A program made the position numbers and the translations under genes. From contig JALVPN010000181.1 in NCBI GenBank assembly GCA_027031765.1, positions 1-27,065 of the forward strand: a stretch of 27,065 nt of DNA. The letters are read 5' to 3'. Within the stretch, counting starts at the first letter, position 1. Every line of letters begins with the position of its first letter. This stretch comes from Promethearchaeota archaeon (GTDB lineage: Archaea > Asgardarchaeota > Thorarchaeia > Thorarchaeales > Thorarchaeaceae). This document shows, one piece after another, positions 1-7,776 of the stretch. A model generated the notes under the pieces. The model saw only the letters and a list, made by a program, of their open reading frames with translations. It ran no database searches and was not told where the DNA came from.

Positions 1-56
1 CATCTCCAGTGCCACGGGCCCGTCGCAGCACAGTGCGATGGAGCAGGGGCTAGCAG

Positions 57-1271
57 TCACCACTCTTCTTCTGGCAGGTCGTGCGGATGGTCGTCCTCGC
101 CCCCTTCGTAGGCGAAGTACTGGCCCCCACGGAGTGGGCTGAACTCGCGGAGGCGTTCAACAGTGGGTACCAGCGCCTCTACGAAGGCGTCAATCTCGGC
201 CTGTGTGTTGAACCGCGACAGTGAGACACGTAGGGAACCGTGGGAAATCTCTGGTGGCAGTCCGACCGCCTTGAGCACATGGCTCCCCTGCAGGGTCTTC
301 GACGAGCACGCTGAGCCAGTTGAGACCGCGAAGCCTTCCGTGTCGAGGTGTACGAGCATCGACTCGCCCTCCACCTGTTCGACGACCATGCTGAATATAT
401 GTGGCACCCGCCGGGTGGGGTGCCCGGTGAGCCTGTAGTCCGTGAGCGTCTCGGCAATCTTTGCCGCAAGGTAGTCCTGCAGAGCGGCAATCCGTTCGTT
501 GTCAGCCGGGTCCCAAAGCTCCACAGCCCGTGCGAACCCAACAGCACCGGGGATGTTCTCAACACCGGGCCGCAGTCGCCGCTCCTCGTCGCCGCCCTCC
601 ATTATCCTCCTGATCTTCGTCCCCCTGCGGATGTAGAGTGCGCCGATGCCCTTGGGACCATGGATGTGGTGTGCATCAAACGTAGTCAGGTCAACGGGCA
701 GCGTGGTCACATCAATGGGGACACGCAGATAGCTGTGTGTTGCGTCCATGTGGAAGAGGACACCGTGCTCGGACGTGATACGGCCAATCTCTTCAACAGG
801 CTGGAGCGTCCCGATCTCGCCGTTCGCGTGCTGGACTGACACGAGGACCGTGGTGTCCCGGATGACCTCTTCAAGCGCTGAGGGGTCCACCATCCCGTAC
901 TCGTCGACACCCAGTACTGTCACCTCGAAGCCGTCAGCCTCAAGTGCCTTGCATGTCCGCAGCACCGACTGGACCTCCACAGCACTGGTGATGATGTGGT
1001 CACCGCGCGCCCTGTTCGCCAGGGCCGCCCCACGAATGCCCAAGTTGTTGGACTCTGTTGCACCCGACGTGAACACAATCTCCCGCGGGTCGGCCCCTAT
1101 TGAAGCTGCTATCGTCTTCCGGGCACTCTCAAGGCCCCTGACGGCAGCCACATCCCTTGAGTGGCTCAGTTCCAGGCCCGCCGTACCGACATGCTCCCTG
1201 AAATATGGCAGCATGGCCTCAATTACCCGCTCATCAACAGGTGTCGAGTTAGCATTGTCAAGATACGCCAT
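57..1271 (-). CDS. iscS: IscS/NifS-like (class V PLP aminotransferase fold) cysteine desulfurase homolog, probably catalytically atypical
   Basis: Family motifs present: YLDNxxxTP, IVFTSGATESNN, EIGTLQP, HxDA, HGPKGIGALY, AVSTGSACSS (Cys322), SLRVSLSRFNT. GGGGTGA Shine-Dalgarno lies 7 nt before the ATG. The PLP-binding Lys, His and Gln positions are substituted (see findings). Confidence 0.9.
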   Translation of the reverse strand: MAYLDNANSTPVDERVIEAMLPYFREHVGTAGLELSHSRDVAAVRGLESARKTIAASIGADPREIVFTSGATESNNLGIRGAALANRARGDHIITSAVEVQSVLRTCKALEADGFEVTVLGVDEYGMVDPSALEEVIRDTTVLVSVQHANGEIGTLQPVEEIGRITSEHGVLFHMDATHSYLRVPIDVTTLPVDLTTFDAHHIHGPKGIGALYIRRGTKIRRIMEGGDEERRLRPGVENIPGAVGFARAVELWDPADNERIAALQDYLAAKIAETLTDYRLTGHPTRRVPHIFSMVVEQVEGESMLVHLDTEGFAVSTGSACSSKTLQGSHVLKAVGLPPEISHGSLRVSLSRFNTQAEIDAFVEALVPTVERLREFSPLRGGQYFAYEGGEDDHPHDLPEEEW

Positions 1272-1277
1272 TCCAGT

Positions 1278-1673
1278 TCACCCCACGCTACAGGCCGTGC
1301 AGCCCTCATGCACACCCTCGGAGTACCGGCGATGAATGTCGCACAACAGGCCAGACTTGTGGAACAGCCGTATCAGTCGGTTGATCTCGCGCGTCATGAC
1401 CTCGTATGCCCGGCCCGGAGGCGGGTCGTCGGCCCAGGCCATGACTATGCGTTCGGCAGCCCGCTCGATGTCCTTGTGGAACTCGCTTGGGATTTCTATT
1501 TGGTCACCACGCGACCTGCTCGACCGTTCGATCTTGTACTGTGTGACAGCCGGCTCCGTCACACCCAGCATCCTCGCTATGTCCTTCTGTAGGATTCCAC
1601 GCGCAATCATCACACGTGTGAGCTCCCGCCGGATGCTCGGCAAGACGTACCAGACCTCAATCTCCTGTGGCAT
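1278..1673 (-). CDS. Archaeal HTH transcriptional regulator (COG2522-like) with a C-terminal CxxH...CxxC motif
   Basis: MPQEIEVWYVLPSIRRELTRVM...LQKDIARMLGVTEPAVTQY is an XRE-like HTH. The C-terminus is LCDIHRRYSEGVHEGCTAC. The gene ends 6 nt before the iscS-like start. The start was trimmed from the ORF track's 2006 to the ATG at 1673. Confidence 0.85.
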   Translation of the reverse strand: MPQEIEVWYVLPSIRRELTRVMIARGILQKDIARMLGVTEPAVTQYKIERSSRSRGDQIEIPSEFHKDIERAAERIVMAWADDPPPGRAYEVMTREINRLIRLFHKSGLLCDIHRRYSEGVHEGCTACSVG

Positions 1674-1749
1674 GAGCCATGTCCTGCGCTTCCTCTGCCG
1701 CTGCACTGTTCCAGTCTCTGACAAGTGGACGACCTCTCTAAAGTACCCA

Positions 1750-1778
1750 TTCACTATAGTGAAGCCACTGTGATATAA
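1750..1778 (-). promoter_or_regulatory. Putative promoter (TTATAT, 1778-1773) with a downstream perfect 14-bp palindrome TTCACTATAGTGAA (1750-1763), a candidate operator
   Basis: The palindrome was read directly from the sequence. It lies between a TATA-like box and the expected transcription start of the regulator-iscS unit. Confidence 0.5.
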
Positions 1779-2120
1779 GGGTGACGACATGACCATTGTC
1801 ACCACGTGCCGCGGACACGTCGGACGCAACGGAGTCAGGAGGCCTTGATGTCGGTCCAGTGCAGTTGTCATGTGAGGACTACGGACTACACTGTGCCGTC
1901 GGGCCCACCATCTGACGACACTGCAGATGTGACAGGCCTGCCCACGAGGCCGCACGAGTCCATCCCAGCAGACGCCGAAACGGGCCACACGGTATACTGG
2001 GGCCACAATAGCTCAGATAACAGCTGGCCATCCGGGCCGTGGTGTCAGAAAAAGTGTGGGTGCGCACCCCGGAGCCCAGATGGACGCCCGGGGCTGCACA
2101 CGCGGTACTTGATGGGGCCA

Positions 2121-3761
2121 TCAACTGGAGCGGAGTCGTGCGAGGTTGAACACAGCGCCGAGGCCCACCAGACCGAGGACTATGCCTGTCAGCGGCCAGC
2201 CCGCCGAGATGCTGTTCATGAACAGGTCTGACAGGCTCGGCACGACCCTGAGGCCGGCGTCGCGGATGCTCTTCGTGTAGCTCTGGCCCTCGAAAGTGTA
2301 CGTCACCCGGCCATCGAAGAACCCGTACACACCCTCATACTCAGGCACCACCGTATACGTGAGGCTGGTCTCCGCACCAGGCGCCAATGACGGGACGTGG
2401 GCCACAAGACTACCATCAACACTCAGCTGCGGGTATACTTCGGTAAGACGGGCATCGCTGATCTCAATGTCACTGATGGTGTCGCTGCCGGCATTTGTGA
2501 CCGTGATTGTGACCGTGACCGGAGAGCCCACCGTAGGGCTGGCAGGCGAGAACGTCCTTACGGCCTGCACAAGGGGGGGGTACGAGGTCTCGTTGAAGTG
2601 GACGATGTAGTCAGACTGAGGGCCGAGCATAGAGGCCGCCCAGAAGGCCGTCCCATCGGTGTAGTAGCTGTGGTTCGCATCGTAGGGCTCAATGCCCGTG
2701 ATGCTAGTGTCCCCCATGTCAATGGCCACAATGGACATGCCCTGGGATGTCGAACTGAAGGGGGTGATTGTGCCTGTCGACCCGATTGCATCGCTGAGTA
2801 ACATCTCTGTGTCGCCGGCCTGCACGATCTGGTCGCGGACGAACCCGCCAATGCCGACGGCAACAGGCCCCTGTACTTGTGGGGCCTGAGCAATGACGTA
2901 GTCGACAAACCCGTGGCGAGGCCGGTTCATGCTGCTGGAACTAACGAGGCCAACCAGGTCTTCGATGTGCGGCAGACCAACAAGTGCGGCAGCAGAGCCA
3001 GGAGCACTGACGAACAGGTCAGCGTCCATTGCCGTGAGCATGCCCCCGGTAGTGAACGTGCCGACGATGTTCTGGATGAGCTGGCTCATTGGGTTGGAAA
3101 GGGTGTATACGAACAAATCAAGGGAGCTGATATTGCTGCCACCAGTGTTGTTCCCGCCACCAGGGAACATTGACTCATCAAGTCGAATTGAGAACACGCT
3201 CGAAACAGATATGGCAAGCGGTGACCCTGCAAGCTGTTGGACGACCTGTGCCATCCTGCCCGCTGCGACACCCTCCTCAAGGTCCATGTACACACCGACA
3301 ACAATGCTGAACTCGTCGCCGAGGTAGTCAATGATGTCACCAGGACCGCCTATGCCGCCGTCCTGTGCCGGGGCAAACCCCAGGTCACCGGGACCACTAT
3401 CATTGCCACCCATACCCATGAGCTCGAACAAGTAGTCGAGGAGCTCGCCACGGACCGCGAGCACCGCCACAGCGAGACAGCCATCATACATGTCCGCGTC
3501 AAGGTTGAAGACCCCCGTCACACCGGGCAGGGCAATCTGGCCATACAGTACAGCGGGCCGGCCCTCACTGTCAACGTGAGTGTAGATCACTTCTGCCCCG
3601 GACTCTATCAGTTGCGGGAGCATCTCCATTGGGCCTTGGGAAGACCCGGTCACGACAACGGGACCTGGAGGCAGCAGCACAGACGTAGCCACTGGGAGTA
3701 CAAGGAAACCGACCATGAAGAGGAGTGCCAAAGACTCTGTACGAAGACGCATTACCAACAA
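2121..3761 (-). CDS. Secreted, C-terminally membrane-anchored protein with a C-terminal DUF11/BatD/TRAP-beta-like Ig domain
   Basis: N-terminal signal-like helix (RLRTESLALLFMVGFLVLPV). Ig-like segment VRTFSPASPTVGSPVTVTITVTNAGSDTISDIEISD...SLAPGAETSLTYTVVPEYEGVYGFFDGRVTY. C-terminal TM (GWPLTGIVLGLVGLGAVFNL) followed by ARLRSS. GGAGGT SD present. Confidence 0.75.
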   Translation of the reverse strand: MLVMRLRTESLALLFMVGFLVLPVATSVLLPPGPVVVTGSSQGPMEMLPQLIESGAEVIYTHVDSEGRPAVLYGQIALPGVTGVFNLDADMYDGCLAVAVLAVRGELLDYLFELMGMGGNDSGPGDLGFAPAQDGGIGGPGDIIDYLGDEFSIVVGVYMDLEEGVAAGRMAQVVQQLAGSPLAISVSSVFSIRLDESMFPGGGNNTGGSNISSLDLFVYTLSNPMSQLIQNIVGTFTTGGMLTAMDADLFVSAPGSAAALVGLPHIEDLVGLVSSSSMNRPRHGFVDYVIAQAPQVQGPVAVGIGGFVRDQIVQAGDTEMLLSDAIGSTGTITPFSSTSQGMSIVAIDMGDTSITGIEPYDANHSYYTDGTAFWAASMLGPQSDYIVHFNETSYPPLVQAVRTFSPASPTVGSPVTVTITVTNAGSDTISDIEISDARLTEVYPQLSVDGSLVAHVPSLAPGAETSLTYTVVPEYEGVYGFFDGRVTYTFEGQSYTKSIRDAGLRVVPSLSDLFMNSISAGWPLTGIVLGLVGLGAVFNLARLRSS

Positions 3762-3770
3762 CCTCCACTA

Positions 3771-4316
3771 TCACTCCCTGGGCCGTACTACGGCACCGAG
3801 CACTGCGGCCACGCACACCGTGACTATCGGCGTGAGCAAGAACGGTGCAATCCCCATTAGGAGGGATGGCAGTGCCTCTTCCATCGGGGGCGGCCCACCA
3901 CCTCCTCCGGCCATCATTGTCACCACTGTCGTGACCAAGAACTGTGCGATAGGTAGTCCGAGGATGTCTGTTACCGAAACACCTGGAGGTGGCGGAGGGA
4001 TGCCGGACAGGTCGACTCCGGACTGCATGATCTGCCACGCACAGAAGGCAAGGATCAGCAGACAGCTCAGCCACGTCGATATCCCGACAACAACAGCACC
4101 CTTCTTTGTGCCGGCAATCACACCGCCCACAAAGCCTGCACCTGCCCAGAGGGCAACAAACATGATGCTCGCGAGTGGGTGCACAAACAGCAGGTTCACG
4201 AGAACCAATGAGGGCCTGAGGTAATTGCCGATGAAGGGCCCCAGCCACTCAACAATGGTCTCATACCCTGGTGGGAGCAGGTACCAGCCACCAGCCAGGA
4301 CAATCAGTAAACACAC
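3771..4316 (-). CDS. Hypothetical integral membrane protein (about 4 TM) with Pro/Gly-rich loop
   Basis: Four hydrophobic segments; loop contains IPPPPPG and GGGGGPPP; 9-nt gap to the next gene. The true start may be an ATA at 4346 (see findings). Confidence 0.75.
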   Translation of the reverse strand: MCLLIVLAGGWYLLPPGYETIVEWLGPFIGNYLRPSLVLVNLLFVHPLASIMFVALWAGAGFVGGVIAGTKKGAVVVGISTWLSCLLILAFCAWQIMQSGVDLSGIPPPPPGVSVTDILGLPIAQFLVTTVVTMMAGGGGGPPPMEEALPSLLMGIAPFLLTPIVTVCVAAVLGAVVRPRE

Positions 4317-4722
4317 AAGCCAACCAAAATACTTGCTACCGGTTATTGGGAGATCCTCCTGAGAACCTGTCAGACCTACTCCCTTACAGGAAGCGGACCT
4401 ATTAATCGTTTCGAGAGATGGCAGTCCCAGTAATCACCAGCCCAGAGGACGCACACACCCATACTAGGACGGGAGGACTGTGAAGGGCCCTCCATGGGCC
4501 ACTGGCAGACGGGGCGCAGTAGACAGCATGCATTGTAGGGACGGCAACCGTGCGATGCCCCGACGGTCGAGACTGACCTATCAGGGGGTCAAACACGCGT
4601 CCTACGCAAAGCAGAAATAGTATGTTCGCAAGACGAGCGCAGTGGCATGACCGTCGGAACACCGGGCACGGGAGCCGTTGTGCATGCACCAACACAAGCA
4701 ACTAGATAGAGACCCGACCGAG

Positions 4723-5076
4723 ATGAATAGTGACGACACTCTCTCCTCGGTATACGAGCTGATCCAGCTCGTGGCATCCCTCAACGACACCAAGCGTGCT
4801 ATACTGTTCGCCCTAGCACACATCTATCCGAGGAGCGTGAGTGGTGTCCAGCTCAGCCGGCTCATAGGATACAGTGGCAAGTCACGGAGTCTATACCGCG
4901 GTGTCCTGAGCCACATGCAGGAGGACAAGATGATACAGGTCGACCAACTGACACCCAAGCTCTACGCAATAAGGATCAACAACGAACACCCACTCCTCCG
5001 TGTGCTAGTAGAGCTGTGCCGTCAGTATGGCGGAGAGATGCGCGACATCTACTTGCAGGCCATGGAGGGACGTTGA
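4723..5076 (+). CDS. Winged helix-turn-helix protein (putative transcriptional regulator)
   Basis: LNDTKRAILFAL...VSGVQLSRLIGYSGKSRSLYRGVLSHMQEDKMIQVDQLTPKLYAIRIN has the helix-helix-recognition helix-wing pattern. Start taken as the ATG at 4723. Confidence 0.7.
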   Translation: MNSDDTLSSVYELIQLVASLNDTKRAILFALAHIYPRSVSGVQLSRLIGYSGKSRSLYRGVLSHMQEDKMIQVDQLTPKLYAIRINNEHPLLRVLVELCRQYGGEMRDIYLQAMEGR

Positions 5077-5077
5077 A

Positions 5078-5680
5078 GTGGACAGACTGCTACTCCAGGC
5101 ACGGGGCCTGTACGCCGACGGGCGGAGGACGGCAGTCGCAGCCATGGCCGTGGTGCTGGCGGTCACAACAGTCCTCTTCTACTCCGGTGGTCTTCAGGTC
5201 ATAGAAACGGAGCCCCTACCATGGGCCCCGCCAGGGTGGACACAGGGACTCGAAGTGGTGACATCCTTCAACACAGTCCTGTTCTTCTTGGCCTTCTCGC
5301 TGATGGTTTTCTTCTACGCCTTCTGGTCGTGGGCCTTCCTCCCGAGCCCGGCGGTCCTCTATACAGTCGGTGTCCTCCGCGGGATATTCGGTGAGACGGC
5401 AAGGATTGTCCACCGCATGGGTAGACGCTTTCGGGTGCACCTCGACGCGGACAGATACGTCGATGTTGTGTGCAGGGTGAGAGACCATGCATCTGGGGAG
5501 TGGTTCGTGTTCGAGCTCAGGTCCTCACCGGTAATGTGTTCACACAGCCAGGAGATTGCCATGCGGCACGGGATGCGCTTGGACAGGGGGTGCTTTGCCA
5601 CCCGTGTCAGCCACGACGAACTGCATCACCGCACGCTCCTCATGACCCGGGCGCTCGCACTGTGTCACCCCACCACCTAG
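5078..5680 (+). CDS. Hypothetical membrane protein (2 N-terminal TM helices plus soluble C-terminal domain)
   Basis: GTG start 1 nt after the upstream stop, with GGAGG at 5064-5068. Hydrophobic stretches AVAAMAVVLAVTTVLFY and TVLFFLAFSLMVFFYAFWSWAFL. Confidence 0.7.
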   Translation: MDRLLLQARGLYADGRRTAVAAMAVVLAVTTVLFYSGGLQVIETEPLPWAPPGWTQGLEVVTSFNTVLFFLAFSLMVFFYAFWSWAFLPSPAVLYTVGVLRGIFGETARIVHRMGRRFRVHLDADRYVDVVCRVRDHASGEWFVFELRSSPVMCSHSQEIAMRHGMRLDRGCFATRVSHDELHHRTLLMTRALALCHPTT

Positions 5681-5798
5681 CCCTGGACCCGTATCACCGG
5701 CTGCACGCCAGCACCTGCACTGCATGGCCACTGGGCCAACACCCCACAAACCTATTTCTCTGGTCACGACACCAGCTCTCTGGAGTGGACCAAAAGTG

Positions 5799-6185
5799 AT
5801 GCGAGTACGGCGCACTGTTGAGATAGCAATGTCGACGTCCGACCAGATCGTAGGAGCCTGCGCGTTCACCTACGAGGGACGGACTGTCTACTGGACAGAG
5901 AACATGGACATTGGCGACGACGTGCCGGCACTCCTCCAGGCCTGGCGTACGGGGGCAAACAGCGTGACCATCAAGGGCATCCCGTTCGTAGTCGTCATGG
6001 GGGGCAATGACGGGCTCGTGGCCGTCAACCCCGACGGGGCGGTGTCGCTCGTGTGCGGTACGGGGAAAGGGGTCTGGTTCGTTGCAGTATTCGCCACAGG
6101 GGACGCCGACAAGTACACCTTGCTCAAAGAGTGTGTCCAGGCAGCCAAGAACATAGAGGTCTCCGTGTCGGTGTTCGACGTGTGA
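5799..6185 (+). CDS. Profilin-like protein (Asgard-type, divergent)
   Basis: 128 aa: helix, IVGACAFTYEGRTVYWTENMDIGDD, ALLQAW, SVTIKGIPF, LVAVNPDGAVSLV, WFVAVF, C-terminal helix. This follows the Asgard profilin pattern (G-x-v-x-x-T-x-N-W-D, S-v-T-I-x-G-v-x-Y, A-x-N-x-x-G). GGAG lies upstream of GTG5796/ATG5799. Confidence 0.65.
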   Translation: MRVRRTVEIAMSTSDQIVGACAFTYEGRTVYWTENMDIGDDVPALLQAWRTGANSVTIKGIPFVVVMGGNDGLVAVNPDGAVSLVCGTGKGVWFVAVFATGDADKYTLLKECVQAAKNIEVSVSVFDV

Positions 6186-6236
6186 GGGTTGGGCCACCGG
6201 CCATCACACTCTCGGCCGGCAGGCTGGGCGACGCAC

Positions 6237-6683
6237 TCATTCCCGGGGCCGGAGCGGGTACTGCTCAGCGATTATCCGGGCCACTATCCCGAGGATTGCA
6301 CCAATCCACCCGAGCGACTGTCCCAACTGGACGACCAGGTCCATAGTTAGTGTGCCTGTGGCGACGAGCTGGACCAGCGCCATGAACAGACCGAGCACAG
6401 CCATGCCGACGAACAGGAGCAGGAACGTGCGACCTGTCCGGACACGCGGCGTGGTGAGCAGGAACCCAGACACCACAACGCCAATACCGCCAATCACCGT
6501 GAGCACCGACAGGGTGCCGAGCACTATCTGGACTGACAGGGCAGCCTCGTCGCCGAGCAGCTGTCGTACAGCCCCAAGAAAGTCGCCGAGCACACCAATG
6601 GCACCGCTCGCCCCGGCAACCACCAGCAAGAGGCCGCCGATGACGCTCAGCAAGAGCGCACTCCTGTTGTGAATGGGCCGCAT
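6237..6683 (-). CDS. Hypothetical integral membrane protein (about 4 TM)
   Basis: 148-aa ORF with four Gly/Leu-rich hydrophobic helices and basic residues in alternating loops. Confidence 0.75.
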   Translation of the reverse strand: MRPIHNRSALLLSVIGGLLLVVAGASGAIGVLGDFLGAVRQLLGDEAALSVQIVLGTLSVLTVIGGIGVVVSGFLLTTPRVRTGRTFLLLFVGMAVLGLFMALVQLVATGTLTMDLVVQLGQSLGWIGAILGIVARIIAEQYPLRPRE

Positions 6684-6816
6684 TGTGCTCTAAAGGGGCA
6701 CAGCAACACGATTTAAGCGTAGCTGGGACGCTGCACCGGCCAGTCCCGCGGGCGACCACCCCGCAGCATGGTCAGTAGATGCAATGAGGACGCAGACCAG
6801 CCGTGCGCGGCTCTAC

Positions 6817-7776
6817 TCAGCCACGCCCCTCTTTCTCGTATGGTACACCAATGGCCTTGGGCGGCACGGAGCGACGGATACCTGCCAGGGCCACGATGAC
6901 CAAGAGGTACGGTACCATCTTGATGAAGTTGTTGTACGCCTGTAGCCACTCGAGGCCCGGTACGATTGGCAGTGCGTATTGGAGGCCGTTCAGGAACCCA
7001 AAGAAGAGGCCCGCAGCCAGACACCCCAGCGGTGTCCAGTTGCCGAAGATCAGGGCCGCAAGGGCGATGAACCCGCGTCCTGAGGTCATGAGCTTACCGA
7101 AGGCCGCCTCGAAGCCGATTGAGAGGTATGCCCCACCCAGACCGGCAAGACAGCCGCTTATGACCACGGCCACAGTCCTGATGTTCTCCACGTTGACACC
7201 TGCTGCATCGAGCGTCGCAGGGTCTTCACCCGCAGCACGCACCCGGAGCCCGAAAGGCGTCTTGTACATCACATACCAGCTCACAGCCACCATGACGAAC
7301 ATCATGTAGATGATTGGTGACAGCTCACCGAACGCGAGACCGATGACGGGGACGTCACGTATGGCCTCGATGCGTATGCGGGGGAGCTGGGTCACCGTGT
7401 CAGAGTAGCCCTTGGCGCCCCAGATGACCTGTAGCAACAGGGTGGTCAGTCCAGAAGCGAGGAAGATTATCCCGGTCCCACTCACAATGTGGTTGCCCTT
7501 GTACTTGACGCAGACCACCGCATGCACCAGGGCCAAGAGCCCACCGGCGACCACTGCCCCGAGCACGCCGATCCATGGGTTGCCCGTGAAATAGGTCACG
7601 GCCACTGCGGAGAACGCACCGATGAGCATCATCCCCTCAAGTCCGATGTTGACAACGCCCGAACGCTCCGAGAACATACCCCCAAGTGCGGTGAGTACGA
7701 GTGGCGTGCCCATCTGGAGGGTTGCGTGCAACAGCCAGCCCACCAGCACCAGTGTCGGGTCGCCAGTCTGCATCAT
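6817..7776 (-). CDS. ABC transporter permease, nucleoside/simple-sugar (BPD_transp_2, NupC/YufQ-like)
   Basis: TPLVLTALGGMFSERSGVVNIGLEGMML, TPFGLRVRAAGEDP, GRGFIALAALIFGNWTP, PYLLVIVAL, P-x-A-I-G-x-P-Y. ATGA overlap with the upstream permease. Confidence 0.93.
   Translation of the reverse strand: MMQTGDPTLVLVGWLLHATLQMGTPLVLTALGGMFSERSGVVNIGLEGMMLIGAFSAVAVTYFTGNPWIGVLGAVVAGGLLALVHAVVCVKYKGNHIVSGTGIIFLASGLTTLLLQVIWGAKGYSDTVTQLPRIRIEAIRDVPVIGLAFGELSPIIYMMFVMVAVSWYVMYKTPFGLRVRAAGEDPATLDAAGVNVENIRTVAVVISGCLAGLGGAYLSIGFEAAFGKLMTSGRGFIALAALIFGNWTPLGCLAAGLFFGFLNGLQYALPIVPGLEWLQAYNNFIKMVPYLLVIVALAGIRRSVPPKAIGVPYEKEGRG

Noticed and set aside
1-56. ATG at the window edge (minus strand, positions 3-1) as the start of a downstream iscU/nifU gene
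   Set aside because: No coding sequence is visible within the window, so it cannot be supported.
1674-2006. Long N-terminal extensions given by the ORF track (also 10910..11065, 12345..12431, 12482..12640, 15066..15347)
   Set aside because: The family motifs and SD or TATA-like elements start at the downstream codons; the extensions are low-information sequence.
2573-2580. G8 homopolymer as a phase-variation site
   Set aside because: It simply encodes Tyr-Pro-Pro-Leu in frame, and the sequence gives no evidence of length variation.
3880-4010. Poly-proline motifs (IPPPPPG, GGGGGPPP) as ligands for the nearby profilin-like protein
   Set aside because: The positive-inside rule (TKKG loop and RPRE tail inside) places this loop outside the cell, away from a cytoplasmic profilin. 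Proximity alone is not evidence.
4400-4720. Possible structured ncRNA in the 400-nt divergent intergenic region (GGAGG/CCTCC hairpin, TAGGACG/CGTCCTA pairing)
   Set aside because: Only short stems, as expected by chance at this GC content, and no tRNA, SRP, C/D-box or riboswitch signature.
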